Below are positions 14,270 through 27,713 of a stretch of DNA of 35,364 nt, piece by piece (position 1 is the stretch's first letter; every line of letters starts with the position of its first letter). The stretch is from positions 372,001 to 407,364 of the forward strand of contig CT868607.1 in NCBI GenBank assembly GCA_000165425.1, given 5' to 3'. Source of the stretch: Paramecium tetraurelia. Taxonomy: Eukaryota. A program made the position numbers and the translations under genes. Under the pieces are notes generated by a model that was not told where the DNA came from, ran no database searches, and saw only the letters and a list, made by a program, of their open reading frames with translations.

Positions 14270-16705
14270 TCAATAAATAGAGCAATAATAACACGTTGAT
14301 CTATCCTTAGGTCTCTTATTTTTCCCTTGGGTTTACTAAATCTAAATTTAAGTTTATAACTAAACATCATCAATAACAACTTGGAACTTCCCTTCATCAT
14401 CCTTAAAATCCTACCATATAATTAACAATTTATTACTTCATCTGTCAATTGGAATACTTGACTCTTAGTAGAAGTACTCCAATTCATTATTTTTGATGCA
14501 TCCTATTATGTATTCAAATTTCCATAATAAGCATTCTTAAAATTTGAAGGCCCAACATTTTTATCATTTTTTCCTGCGACTGAGAAAATGTCACCTGATT
14601 AAGATTAAGACTGTCTTTTGATATCCTTTAATATTATCTTTGGTCTAACCAATAGGAAAGGCTATAATTTATGTCTCTCTTCCATATTGGATGATTCTTT
14701 TTGATCTTCCTTATTATTAACATATTATTCTTTTTGTTACTTAGATTCTTTAACTTTAGTATTACCTTTAGTATTATTCTACTCAGAAGGTGCCCCCTGA
14801 AATTCTTAAATATCTTTTTAACTTAATTTTATCTCTGTTAAATTCTCTTATCTATATGGAGTTTCACAATCCTAATTAGATACTTTACTCTGCAAATTTT
14901 TTTGGTGCATTTAATTTTATCTTTTTAGAAAGCTATCCATAATCAAGCATGCTTTCAAAACATCTTTTTGTTAATCAAATTTTTATGCAAATGCTTATTC
15001 TGAGCTTATAACCTTTACTGCTCGTTTTAATTTTTGCTTAGGTTTGACCTCTTATTCACCTTCACTATCTGAATTAGATTCATTATTTTTATTATTTTAT
15101 GATTGTTGTTATTTCTTAGGATCTGCAACTTATTTTGTTTTTAATTGTCTCTCACTTGAAATCGGAGAATTGATTTGAGGGTCATCATTAAAGTCTTTGC
15201 CCTGACCTTTATATTAATTAATCTTATCACTATTTGTAGATTTATTCACTCCCTCATAACTAATACGAATATATTCCTGTAGCTTTCGATATCCATCTTT
15301 ACACATCATTTAATATAGCTCATTTTGTAAGCTTTCTTTTGTAATTGGTGATTAAATGATAACCCTCTTATTTTAAAAAGATGAATGCTGCTCTAAAATT
15401 ATCTTAATTAAGTCTTTAGGTATTAATTGAAATTTCTTCTTAAAAAACGCTTCCAATACTTTCAAGGCTTCAATTCTATTAAAACTTTCTACATTTTAGT
15501 AATGTTTCTCTAGAAATTGTTTAAGTTATAAATCAAAATTTGATTGTTTCATTATTTATCCATACATAGCTGTATTCCATAAGACCAAGACTTCTAAATA
15601 TGCTGAGGGTGGTTTCTATTTATCCTTGTCTTATTTACTTACGTGCAAACAATTTTGATGAATGCATAATTTCAAAGCTAAAAAATTAACAATTTTATGT
15701 AACTTCAAAGGTTTGCCTTCATTCTAAGTTTTGGGATCAACCTACATCAATTTGGCTAATTAATTAATAATCTATTTGATTATGTCAAATGTGATCCACT
15801 TCTAAATATTTTTTAATTTAATTAAAACGTTTTCGACATCTCGATAGGTCAAACAGTTAGTTCTTTTATCTCGAAGATAATCTATTCCCATCTCTCTAAG
15901 TATCGTAACTAAACTTGTAATGTTTTTTATCTCTACCTCTTTTCCCTTTATTATTTCAGTGCCTCTCATCAAATCTAATCTACCCTACCTATATTTTATT
16001 TCTGAGTAAGTATATTCCATGAAAAAGCTAAGGATATAAGGAAACAGCAGCAAATAATCAATTTTAGATTCCTTATCCAAATCTCTAAAGTTTTCTATCA
16101 TTTCTCCTAAGATCTTCGGATTTAATTAGTTCTCATACGATGAAGGTTCACTCAAAAAGATATCAGTGACAACCTTAAATTTTTTAGGACCTACGCATTT
16201 ATCAATTGCAACTTCTAGGAGTTATTTAAATTCAGGGGGCTCAAGGGAAAAATTTTTATTTTTATCAAAAGTAGCATAAAAATCAACATAAAAGTCGTGA
16301 AAATCTCTTACGGATATTATTTAAAAATAGTAAATCAACTCTCTTTTATAATATGTGTAGATTACGTTCTAATAGGACTTAAGTCTTGACAATTTTTCAT
16401 CACTGGAGTATATGAATTTAATGGGGTAAGGACTGATTATTTTTTCAAATATTACTCCATTCCATCATAATTCAAAAGCAAATAAAATAAAACTCGAATA
16501 CACGAGTCCTACCCTTTACCCAAAAACTATATTTCTAGAAAGTAAGAATTCAAATATAACCTTCATCTTATGGTTTGGAAATAGTATTAGAAAATTTGGA
16601 AAAGAATGATTTCTAACCAGCGAGATTTCGATTTGTGTTTTATCTGGCTAAAGATCCTTTCGATAGATTGCTATCTTGTTTCTCTAGAAGGTTTCTTTTT
16701 GACAT
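14270..16705 (-). CDS. Large uncharacterised protein, tandem paralogue B, C-terminus CYYCSIY (CaaX-like); start approximate
   Basis: Blocks FYVDFYATFD, FPYILSFFMEYTY, RLDLMRGTEIIKGKEVEIKNITSL, LKACLIMDSFLKR. Confidence 0.8.
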
Positions 16706-17199
16706 CTAACAAAATTCTAATATTTTTATAATAACTTGAATAATTATAAATATATCTTTTTTGATATTTAATGTTTTGTGTTCATCCTTAAGAATTAAAA
16801 GAGCTTCTTAAGTTAACATTTCATTTACTCACCAAAATTAGCATCACGATTTCTTGATTAAATAACTAGGAATATTCACAATAATATAAATTTAATGATA
16901 ATTCATATGAAACTGTGTCTCTATATATAAATATATTATGTAAAATAATTATAGATAAATTTTAACACCTTAATCCAAAAAACTCAATTCTACTATTTAA
17001 ACCTTATTGACAAGTCCTAAACAAGATAACAATAATGATTTTGCATAGAGGAGAGCCTTATGCAAAACTATTTACTAACTTTAGAATGAAATAAGTCTTT
17101 CTAACAGATTTTAGATTTAATAAAAAATTTAATAAAAAAAGAACCAAGAATCGATGGTACACATGGATGAGTAAGAATGATGTTGTATATGATGAAAAT

Positions 17200-17910
17200 T
17201 TTAAAAGATAAATTTCATTTGGTTTTTTTGCTTGAATTTTCAACTAAAAAGTCTTACACAGTTCTGATTTCTGTTTTCGTTATGATTTTTTTTGGGCTTT
17301 TCTTTTAGCCTTCTTTCTAATTACCTCTTTCCAATTGGATTTCGACTATTTAAACAGTTTTTTTTTTTTTGATTCTCCCTGCCTCATCGACTTTAATCTT
17401 AAGGTTCGACTTTTTTAAAATGGGATGAGACATCTATTATTAAATCTAGCTCATTTCACTCTAGTCTTTATCTTTTAACGAAGGACTTTGAGATTTATAT
17501 TATAGAAGTGGGCTAGGCTCAGAGGATAACACTTTATTCATAAAAGAAGATTAGGAATTGTGTTATTAGTATCTTTCCTCTAGAGATGCTAATTTCTTAT
17601 TTGGGTATATAGCTCGATAAGATTTAGTGGAACTGGAGTTGACTTGTTGAGCCAGCAAGTCTTAATTTTTTTGCCATTATTCTTGTTTCGAAAAGAAATA
17701 TGGTGAATTATCGGATGTAGGTGGAGTACATTTGTTTTTAAAATTCATTATAGTAGATTAGGTTTGTTGAAAACCAAGTGTTTATATCGCCTGTTTGAAT
17801 TACTGATAAGAGTTGAATTATGGATTTTCCAGATATCTAAACGTGATTAATAAAGTTATTTACTATTGATCTCTTTGAGCTAAGATATTCATAAATTTGG
17901 CAGCGCTCAT
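17200..17910 (-). CDS. Hypothetical basic protein; 3' end uncertain
   Basis: MSAAKFMNILAQRDQ.. to WKEVIRKKAKRKAQKK, open in table 6. Confidence 0.55.
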
Positions 17911-17976
17911 AATCAATTAAGAATTGGTTTTAAAATAATTTAAAGTTTGATATGATGTTTAATAATACTTATGAAT

Positions 17977-18498
17977 TCACTTTGATTTTTAGAAATAAGC
18001 CTTGAATTTATCAATCAACACCTCCTCTGCAGCTTTCTCGTCATACTCTACCCATGTATCAGTCAAATCAGCATCATTAAATACTGTTCCATTAGGTGTA
18101 ATCACTGTTAGGCCTTAGAAATTCCATGATTTTGGGTCAGCACCTCTGCAATCGAATAACGCAATCTAAATATCTTTGCCTACAAATTAATAACATGAAT
18201 ATACTTATTTCTTGCACATTGACTGTGTCTGGAAATTTCTCTAATGTTATATTGATCATTTTAGCGCAGGATTTACATTTCATTTAAAAATTACATTGCC
18301 CTCTAGAATTGGCAACATCCACTTGATCATCTCCTCTAAAATAGATTTCATTAATATCCGTATGGCAACTAGAACAAACCAAAGAGATGTGCCACCTTTG
18401 ATAAATTAACTATAGTCTTACTCATAGTTTGTTCCTCCTGTTGAGATTGCTTCAACATTTTTGGTCTCACAGGAAAACAATAATTTATAATACACCAT
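17977..18498 (-). CDS. CZIB: CXXC-motif zinc-binding protein (DUF866/UPF0587, C1orf123/CZIB-like)
   Basis: CSSC..SRGQCNFQMKCKSC..FDCRG..WVEYDEKAAEEV; two mini-introns. Confidence 0.9.
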
Positions 18499-18561
18499 TA
18501 TTATTATATATATATATATATATATAATTATTCAAAGTTTCTAGAAATATATTTAGGCAGA

Positions 18562-20335
18562 TCATTATTTCCCATAAACGCATAAGTCAATCTCAACTTT
18601 AGGTTATTTTTATGGAGATTATGATTAGTTTTTTTCATATTCAATTTCGAATTTATATTTACTCGGGGATTTGCGATTAATACTACTTCTACTTATACTC
18701 ATTTATGATATTGATCGCGAATATCCAACAGAATTTGATGAAACTTTGAAATTATGAAAATCATTAAGTTTGAATGTAAATGCTCTCTAGCACTTATTGA
18801 TTTCATTTTATGTTTTAAACTCATTTTGCAATACCACTGAGGAATCAGGAGTGTGAGATCTAGAATTAACAAAGGGCTTGATTATGGTAACACTGTCTTG
18901 TTGATTATTCTATTAATATTTTTTATTCATTCTCAATCTGGAACAACTACTTCTTACTGTTGACTATTAATAGATGAAATTGTCTTTAACATCTGGCAAT
19001 ATTGAGGCATCTCGCAATTTCTTCAATAATAATATTTTGTGTCCTCTATCAAATTTCATTAGTATAGATTTCTAAGAAAAGTGATTCGCAATTTAATCTA
19101 TTTATAAGGATGGCTATTATTAATGTTCTTTGTTTTTATTGTTTTTAATTGTTCCCATTAATGAAATGTAAGGATTGTTGGAATGACGAATTTTAGATGT
19201 GTCATTTACAATCTAAGGTTATTTTTCTTCTTATTTTTAATCTTTAAACATTCTAAGTTCAGACAATTCCTCCTTCCTTTCAGATTCTTCATCTAATTTT
19301 ATTTTTTTATTTATAATTTACTACTGTAATATTTTCATTCTCTAAATAACAACCTACTTTGAAGTGGATAAAAAAGAATGTAGGGTTGAACTGTGATATT
19401 CCTCTTAAATTCTTATATAAGTTAGAAATGGTAAAGAGAGAATCAAGGATTCAGTTGTTGATTTTGCATCCATTTATCTGGTTATTTCTTTAATAGTATT
19501 TCTATTTTGTAACCAAGATTGATTATCAATGAATTCAAAATCTCCAAAACACTGTCCTTAACCCAAACAAATCAAACCATTTTCACTCTTTTTCTAATTG
19601 ACTGTATACTGTTTTTATAGAATGACCTCTCCGAATTTTATTATATATAAATTTTAATCCTTATTCCCCTCATTGTAAACATGCTAGTTTCTTTAGATCT
19701 TTTGTTCTTCTAAGTGGTGTAAGATCAATTATATTGTGAACTCATTCCAATCTTAAAAGATACTCAAAGTTCTGATGAATTTGTACTAGTCAGTTAGGAT
19801 TTTGTCTACTGTTGACTAGATATAATTGGAATATGTCTCATAATTTACGCTTAATAAAATGACTTCACCTTTACTTATTACTGTAAGAGTTCTTGGAATT
19901 CGATGTTAAAGACTAATTTCTCCAAAATGATCTCCTACATTAAGTTCTTTATTTGCGGTATGGTTATCTCTAATCAAACATTTAAATACTTATATCTCTA
20001 CAATCATAAGGGAAACTCAGAAGATGGCCAGACAGTACAAAGTACATCTTTCTTCCGATATCTCCTTTCTAAAAAATAACTTAATTGTTTTAGAAGTGTT
20101 CAATCTATAGTTAGGATATGAGTTCATTAAATTTTTATTAGGATTTTTAGGATTTCTTTATCAAGCCAAAAAGAGGAAATATCTTTAACAAATTCTTTTC
20201 CAAATAACTTAAATCTTCCTTAGTTTATTTTTCTAAAGCATTCAATACATTTTTAACTGTAACAGTATGATCACCCGAAGCTATCACTTAGGATATATTC
20301 TTCAAGTGCTATATTTTTTAGACAACTCTTTTCAT
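18562..20335 (-). CDS. Cyclic-nucleotide-binding domain protein (two cNMP domains)
   Basis: GDHFGEISLQHRIPRTLTV and a second, degenerate GQCFGDFEF motif. Confidence 0.85.
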
Positions 20336-20402
20336 AATCAAAGTTTTTATTATAAAATATTTTAAATCAATGTCATCTAATGTAAAATAAATCTGATATT
20401 TA

Positions 20403-21321
20403 TCATTTTTCTCTTCCCAATAGCTTGCTGATCTATTATTAAACTAGCATCTTCTTTTTCATTAATTCTTATATCTCATCAGAAAACAAAGTATAATATG
20501 TTTGTTACACTGAAACATCATCGATATCTAGAGTAGAATTCTCCCAGTCTTTCACTCCAGAGACTATCTTGATTTCCTACTTGTAGGCTCCTCTCCTTCG
20601 ATTTTATCTCTGATAAAAATAAATCGGGAGAAGGATTATTCCAAATATTCCAAAAGCTATTGCAAATCCATCCACTCCTAAACGTCCTTTCTTTGCCATC
20701 AACCAAAAGTAATCTAATTAGATATTCTGAACTATTACTATTTGCAGCTTATTCTTGATTCCTTAGATTTGTCTTCACACCTTATTGAATAATATCAGTC
20801 CACTCCTACCCAATATTAACAGCTCCTTTTATTCCCTAATACTCTGTCAGCATTTATTAAATAGTTTTCGGCATAGGTCCTTCCTTACTATAAACAGAAT
20901 CAACCACTTTTTCATCCTGTATTTGTTGCATGTAATCATTCTGAATTTATTACAGTTTCGGTGGTTTTCTATTCCTTCTCTCTTCTAATAACACCTCAAG
21001 TTTGCTCTTTGTTTATTCTGCACTTACTATTATATAATATATTCATAATTTACTTCCATCTTGCGGTTTCTATTTCTCTTCAAGTCCCCATTTCTGCTTT
21101 AACTTCTCATACAATTCAGCAGGATCATCTGAGGATAATTTGATAGTTTGCTATGACTCCTCATTTTTTATTATATTTTTCTCATTATGAATTGATTTCT
21201 TTTGTCTATTTAGGTGTTCTTAGTCTAAAAGCTTATCTAACTTTTTTTCCTCTTATATCTTTTATAATTCAGCGAGAGTTAAGTTTGATAAATCTTAATC
21301 TTATTTATTATCTTAGGACAT
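20403..21321 (-). CDS. Hypothetical protein with one C-proximal transmembrane helix
   Basis: Open in table 6 with mini-introns; TM segment GFAIAFGIFGIILLPIYFY; TGA at 20403. Confidence 0.7.
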
Positions 21322-21406
21322 TCTTTTAATATTTTAATACCATAAATAAAAAAGAATTAATAACAAAATTGTTGAATATCTTATTTCTAATTATATAATA
21401 ATCTTA

Positions 21407-22237
21407 TCAGTAAATGGCACTGTTGTGTTTTTATAGCTAAGATAATGTTTTTATCTCTTCCTTCACTTCCTTTCTTCCATCTGGATGAATTATAGTTGTT
21501 TTCACTCTTTAAACTGGCTAACCATTCCTAAATTTATAAATTCTGTAATATACATTGTAGTTGTAGTAGATTATACTGTTTTATGAGTTTATCCTCTTAT
21601 AATGTTGCCTCCTTGATTGGAGCCATTTTGATAGATTGGTTTGAAAAAGTCATCATCGAAGTCACTCTTATAAGAGTTTGCTTTTGCCAAGCTATTTTTT
21701 TATGGTTACTAGGTATTTCCAAAGAAATCTTGATTAAAAAATGGATCATTTTAAAAAAAATTCTAGAAAACTTCAAATGGATCAAAACTATCTCCGAAAA
21801 AGAATTTATTTAAATCAGGCATTCTATTAAATTATGGAAACTCAAAAGATTATTCAGAATATTTATTAAACCCAGGTCTATTATTGAAAGTATTGAAATT
21901 ATTCTGGAATCCAGAAGAAAAATCTGAAAAGTCATCAAAGTCCTATTAATATTGATTTCCATAATTGTTAGATTGTTAATAATTAGGAGAGGGAGGTGGT
22001 TATTGATGACCATATTTGTCATAATGAGATTTCTTCTCAGGTTTTGAAAGTACTTCATAAGCTTCTGCAATTTCCTTAAACTTTTTTGTTGCCACTTCTT
22101 TGTTGTCTGGATTTTTATCCTTTTAACATTGAAAAAACAGTTACCGGATGCCATTTCAATGCTAATTTTCTGTATGCTTTTTTGATATCTGCTTCTGTTG
22201 CACTTCTAGGCACTTCTAAAACCTTGTAGTAATCCAT
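21407..22237 (-). CDS. DnaJ/Hsp40 class B (DNAJB6-like) co-chaperone
   Basis: [31 protein letters not shown][intron][19 protein letters not shown]-rich linker; S/T-rich beta C-terminus. Confidence 0.95.
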
Positions 22238-22273
22238 TTATTTATTATATATATATAAATTTCATTCTATTTC

Positions 22274-23030
22274 TCAATTATTAAATTAAGAATGAGTTTT
22301 GATGTTTAAGTTTTACTCATGATCTCTTAGTTTCTACTAATATTGATTCTTCAAATGATTAGGTACAATCGAATCAACTCCATTACGTGATTCTCCGGTC
22401 AAAATATTGAATCCAGCATTCCCTCTTTGATCCAGATTTTAGGCCCTAACATATTGTCGAACCTTTGCCTAATCATCCTATTCCTTTAATATGTTTCCTT
22501 ATTAAGTCTTATCGTATTATAAAGTAATAGGATTATATGCCAATCTAATAAGAATATTTTTGAATTTCTACCCATTTTAATTTCTCTTTCCTTAGGTTAA
22601 AGCTTAAGTATGATTGATTAGTTTTTATTAATCTTTTTGTTCTTGTTTCTCTTGATACTCCCATTTTTTAGTTTCTCTATCCAATCCCTCAATTCTTTTC
22701 TTTTCGATAACTTGTTCTTTCTGCTAAAGTTACATTTCTCTCTATCTCTTATCAGCAATAGCAAAATCCTTGTCAAATCTCTCATTTTCTTAAAATATTT
22801 AAGACACGTACCTGGAACATAGAGTGATGATTATGGTGGTGCTTGATGTATCAGGTTTCCAACTCCCAAACCTCTTGCTTCATACCCAACTATGATATAA
22901 ATTATAATTTTCACCTCTTTAATCAATCCTTGTCTTTTCAATTAGATCCTTATCTCTTTGGGCTTCCTATTAGTGAATAATCTTAATAATATACTCTTTA
23001 TTCTCTTGTTCTTGGCTGTATATTAATCAT
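22274..23030 (-). CDS. Uncharacterised protein with YNPITLQYD and FNILTGE motifs
   Basis: Four mini-introns give a continuous frame from MINIQPRTREQR to TGA at 22274. Confidence 0.75.
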
Positions 23031-23068
23031 ATTTTAATTTCAAATAAATAATTAACACTTAATTATAC

Positions 23069-23479
23069 TCATATCAAATTAGTTAGATTTGCTATAATAT
23101 CTTCAATAATGGCTTTGTTTTTCTAGATATTCTCTCGATCATTCAATGATATGAATAACAATAGCTTTTTACCTAAAAATACATTGAATTGTTTTTCTTA
23201 TGTCTGATATTTCTTTTACATCTCTGAAACAATCCTTTTTGAGTTGTACATTTCTTCAATTATCTTTCTTGCAAAATATTCATATTCTACTATTTCTCTA
23301 GATCCAAATTTAGTTTTCACATCATAAATGTTTTCATCTTCACCCATTTTTTCACATTCTGCTGTCAAAACACTACCAAATTTTTTAGTATCGCTTACTA
23401 CACATTAGATAGCATTTCTAAATAAAGTCATACTCACCTAAACCGTGTTTTCAAATAATTAAAATTGAATGATATTCAT
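23069..23479 (-). CDS. Proteasome assembly chaperone 3 (PAC3/PSMG3)-like
   Basis: Intronless 136 aa: LFRNAIQCVVSDTKKFGSVL..YDVKTKFGSRE..EYFARKIIE..KLLLFISL; size and pattern resemble PAC3 as I recall it. Confidence 0.65.
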
Positions 23480-23517
23480 ATTAAACAAAATTTTATTTTA
23501 TTTTATTATCTCAATAA

Positions 23518-25209
23518 TCAATAAAATCTTTAAGGTGTGTCATAGATTCTACTTTACACAATCTTGCTTTGTGTTACTATTTCCTATTCCAATGCTCTCT
23601 CTCTTTATCTTTCAAGTTATGCTTCCAACTCTAGTCTCTCCAATCTATCTTTACTTCTTTATCTCTCGTACTCAATCTCTCTCTCTATTTGTCTGCTCCT
23701 TTATAATGCTTTTCTCTCATTCTCTAATTAATCTATTCTATTTTATGACACTCTCAATTAGTCTAATCTCTCTCTACTTTACCTTAATTCATCCAAAGCT
23801 CTCTATTATTCTCTGCTCTATCTTAAAGCCTCTATCTATTCTAATCTTTCTCTACTCTTCTTCAAATCATTAAGTCTCTCCTAACTTCTTCTCAATTCCT
23901 ATTCATCTCTATTTCTTTTCAAAGCATCTAATCTTTCTTAACTTGTTCTTAAATCTTCTATTCTTCTTCTTTACTTTTACAACTCTTCAATTCTACTTCT
24001 TGACTTTCTAAGTTCTTCTAATTATTCATTATTCTTTCTTTCCTATTCCAATTGTTCTAATCTTTCTCTACTTCTTCTTAAATCATCCAGTCTCTCTCTA
24101 CTTCTTCTCAATTCATCAATTTATGCTTGTCTCTCTCTACTCTTTTTCAAATCCTCTAATTATTCTATTCTTTATCTGCTTCTCTATAATTCCTCTAATT
24201 GATTTAATCTCTCTCTACTTCTTCTCAAATCATCCAATCTCTCTCTACTTCTTCTTAAATCTTCTAATCTCTCTCTACTCTTTTACAAGTCTTAATATTA
24301 TTCTAATCTCTCTCTACTTCTTCTTAAATCATCAATTCTCTCTCTGCTTCTTTGTAAATCATCGAGCACTTCTCTTTCCTTTTCTAATTGTGTGATTCTC
24401 TCTCTGCTTCTTCTTAATTCATTTGCTATTAATCTTTCCTTTTGGAAATAATCAGGCACAAAAGTAATGGCCTCCAATAATTCTGAATAAGTGATTCTAC
24501 CATCTTCATCAGAGTCCACTACTCTAAAGAAGGCTTACAATTCATCAAATGTCAATTTAGCCCCATTACCTCTTAAGAAAGTTTATAAGCTACGTATGTA
24601 TTAAAATTAGATACCTTTCTATTGTTATATAGCCTATATATAATTAATCAATGCATCTAAATGCATCTAATGAGGTAAAATCTGCACTTCCTGTCAAAAT
24701 TTCTTAAGCTGCTGTAATTGAACTAAAACTATATTTTTAATTAGTACTTAAAATTTTAGATTTCTTATTGTAAGACTCTTGAAAGTCCCCATTCAACTTC
24801 TGTTGGGAGAAGCATATTTACTTCAATGTAATAGCTATCTCTTAATGAAGCGATCTATCTTAATCTTGAGTCCTCTTTTGGTAATATGGCCTTAACGAAA
24901 CTTGATGATATTCTATATAATTTACTCTGGGTATGTGATTCTACCGTCGTGATTCAAATCCAACCTTTTAAATAAATATTCAAGCTGGACTTAGGTTGGG
25001 TAGATCTTATTATCAGCCAAAAAGTCAGAGATGTCACCAACAGTTAACTCACCTGACCTAAGTTAATCTAATCTTCTGAAAGCTGTGTAGGGTTCAAACA
25101 TTTTCTACTCAGCTAGCACTTATCTGGCTATTTCAGTCTTCTTCTCCCCTTCAGCTATTGTGATAATTAGATTTGCTAATCTTCCTTGTGTTCTGGATGA
25201 TAGGTACAT
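23518..25209 (-). CDS. EF-hand protein with C-terminal charged ~10-aa repeats
   Basis: EF loops DQLRSGELT, DLNHDGRITY, DSDEDGRITYSE; tail of RRSRERIDDL-type repeats. Confidence 0.88.
23600..24430 (-). repeat. Imperfect ~30-nt coding tandem repeat (RRSRERIDDL)
   Basis: Recurrent tctctctacttcttc on the + strand at about 30-nt spacing. Confidence 0.85.
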
Positions 25210-25531
25210 TTTATTAAATAAATTTTATTGCTAAATAAATAAAATTAATGTTTAAAACTTAGTTTTTCTTAGTTGTTTCTAAAAATTTAAATAATTTTTC
25301 TTAATGCATTATGCAAAGTATCCAAAAACTATATTTGATGATCATATATGTAATAAGAAATGATTAAGAAACTTATTTCGGTACTCAGACATGTAAGATG
25401 GACAATAAAATTTTAAATTATTAACACTAGATTAACTGAATGAAAAGTTTATATACCATTACTGAATATATAATTAATAATAATGAGAATAAAATTCCAT
25501 TAATTGAATCTTTATTAAATAATCAAAAGTA

Positions 25532-25972
25532 ATGAAATAATCACAAATTTCATCATTCATTAGGGCCTAATCACAAGTTTTCGAATATTAAGATTTGAAT
25601 TTGAGTGATTTTAATACAAACTATAGAAAACCCATGTACATGAGGTAGTTGAGGATTAATTAATAAAACAATCATGAATTTTCTAAGAATATGAAGAAAT
25701 AAATTTAAAATATACAATATTTGGAGAAGAATAGAGAGATTATGAAGAGTAATAAAATTAAGAATTAAGATCAAAAGTTAATGACAATTGAAGAGTTTAA
25801 AAAAGTATAAAAATAGAAAAGAATTTCGATTTCCAAAGAAATCTATGGCAAATTCATTTAGGAAAAGCAAAATGAATTTCTAAAATTGCTATCATTCTGT
25901 TTAGCAATCCTTATTATTCTTGTGTTGATTTTTCATCAAAATGAACCGGTTTAAATTCAAGGTCTCTTTTGA
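25532..25972 (+). CDS. Small hypothetical protein with C-terminal TM helix
   Basis: Intronless 146 aa, MKQSQISSFIRAQ..LLSFCLAILIILVLIFH..GLF TGA. Confidence 0.65.
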
Positions 25973-26258
25973 TTGATTATGAAACTTATTATTTTTTTAA
26001 AACATTGATTTCTTTAAAAGCTAATGGATTGCAGTCTTTTTAGTTTACTTCATTCAACCTAAAATCAATTTTTCCATTATTTCATTTTTATAAAAAATTG
26101 CATCTGATATAATTGTTATATTTTAATTTTGAGATAAGAAATACGATTATTATGAAATTGAATTAGTGATTAATTTATTTTAAGTTATTATTAGTAATTG
26201 GATGTTCTATTTGGATCGTAAGCATAATAGATAACTACCTTAAGTGAATTTCGATTAA

Positions 26259-27097
26259 TCATATAAATTAAATTACATCATTCTTATGCTGAATAAAAAC
26301 TTTCTTCTTTTTCTTCGATAGTTTTAAATTCATAATTTTATTATATCTCTGATTCATTTAGTTATTGGTTAAGCAATTTTTCAAAATAAGTCGTCCTTGA
26401 AAACCTTCCTCTTACATATCTAGAATAAATTATAATTATCATGTAAATTACTGTTCCTACACCTCCAACATAGAATGACAATCCTAATGCACTTCCATCT
26501 AATACTAAAAAATTGAATTACATTCCCCATCTACTACAAATATAAAAATCATTAATATCCCATAATATATGGCTAATAATAAAGTAATAACAATTTGAAA
26601 TTTTTCAGCTTAATTAACGAGATCCTAAGATAATATTCGATTATTTAAGGAGTTCTTGATTTTTATGATTCTATAAATATCAAAGAACATCAAAAGTATG
26701 ATAAATATAAGAATGGAACTTAACACATATCTAATTATATTCATGGTTGAAGTATTATAACAATAGACATCATGATATTTTTCTTAATAAGAAAGATTGC
26801 TGCAAATATTCCTTGCTTAATTTTATTTCTTACTTATTTTCAAAACAAATATTTCCCTAACAACTGTAATAAAAGGATATCCAAAGTCTATACAACTCAC
26901 TTTTATTGGGTGTGTACATTTGATAATATGTTAACATAAAAATTTGGCCTGAATTATTATAAGTGCATACTGACGATTACAACACTTTCAATAACAAGAA
27001 TTAGAATAAAAGTATTTTTAATCATCTAAATTCTTTGCTGTCTTATTGTGTCGAAAACCTTTTCTTAGTTTTTAGATTCCCGAATTTAATTTTCCAT
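26259..27097 (-). CDS. Four-TM claudin/PMP22-like membrane protein
   Basis: TM1; loop LWISFYYSCQGNIC..C..C; TM2 and TM3; GSALGLSFYVG before TM4; three mini-introns. Confidence 0.65.
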
Positions 27098-27261
27098 CTG
27101 ATTGATTTATATAATTCTATATAATCATTTATTTACTATTTATTAAATTGATCTTAATTCATTGTATAAAATCATTTGTTGTAATGATTGGTACAATAAT
27201 TCTGATTAGAAGAACAATATTATTTGTTATTCCATATTTTATAATTTGATATATAATAATA

Positions 27262-27700
27262 TCATTTGGATTTATTAAATTTCTTAAGATCTCTATTGGT
27301 GAATTTGAGTGTGCCATCCTCGAATTTACCTGCGCCTTTGGCTCTCATATTCTTAAATTTATATTGATTTTTTTAAAAGGAATTTTTCTTTTATTTCATG
27401 GTTTTTAACAAAGTTAAGTCTTTTTTCAAATCAGACCTATATTAGATGTTATGCTCAATATTATGTTCCTGTTCTTGTTTGACATCACTTATATATTTCT
27501 TCCTAATACCATTTAAAATAGGTAATGGGGTGTTTTAGCCTTTTTACTATAGGGAAGTATATTGATAAAATAAATACTTTTTTTTTGCCAGGCTTTTCTA
27601 TAAAATGTTTTTTATTGTGTGTTAGATGTGGTTATGTTAGTTTTTTAATGTCGTGGACAGTATCCCAAAAATCGGATTATTGACGACGTTTTTTTGGCAT
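27262..27700 (-). CDS. SSU processome factor Faf1/C1orf131 (DUF4602)-like
   Basis: NTPLPILNGIRKK and C-terminal GAGKFEDGTLKFTNRDLKKF resemble the family's GxFxxGxLxLSxxDIxxI motif. Confidence 0.75.
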
Positions 27701-27713
27701 AATTATTATTTTA

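Noticed and set aside
18506..18525. (TA)n microsatellites (also 5661-5676) as IES boundaries
   Set aside because: Ordinary in AT-rich intergenic DNA; no interrupted reading frame points to a retained IES.
23600..24430. Repeats as a CRISPR-like array
   Set aside because: Degenerate in-frame coding repeats without unique spacers, in a eukaryotic gene.
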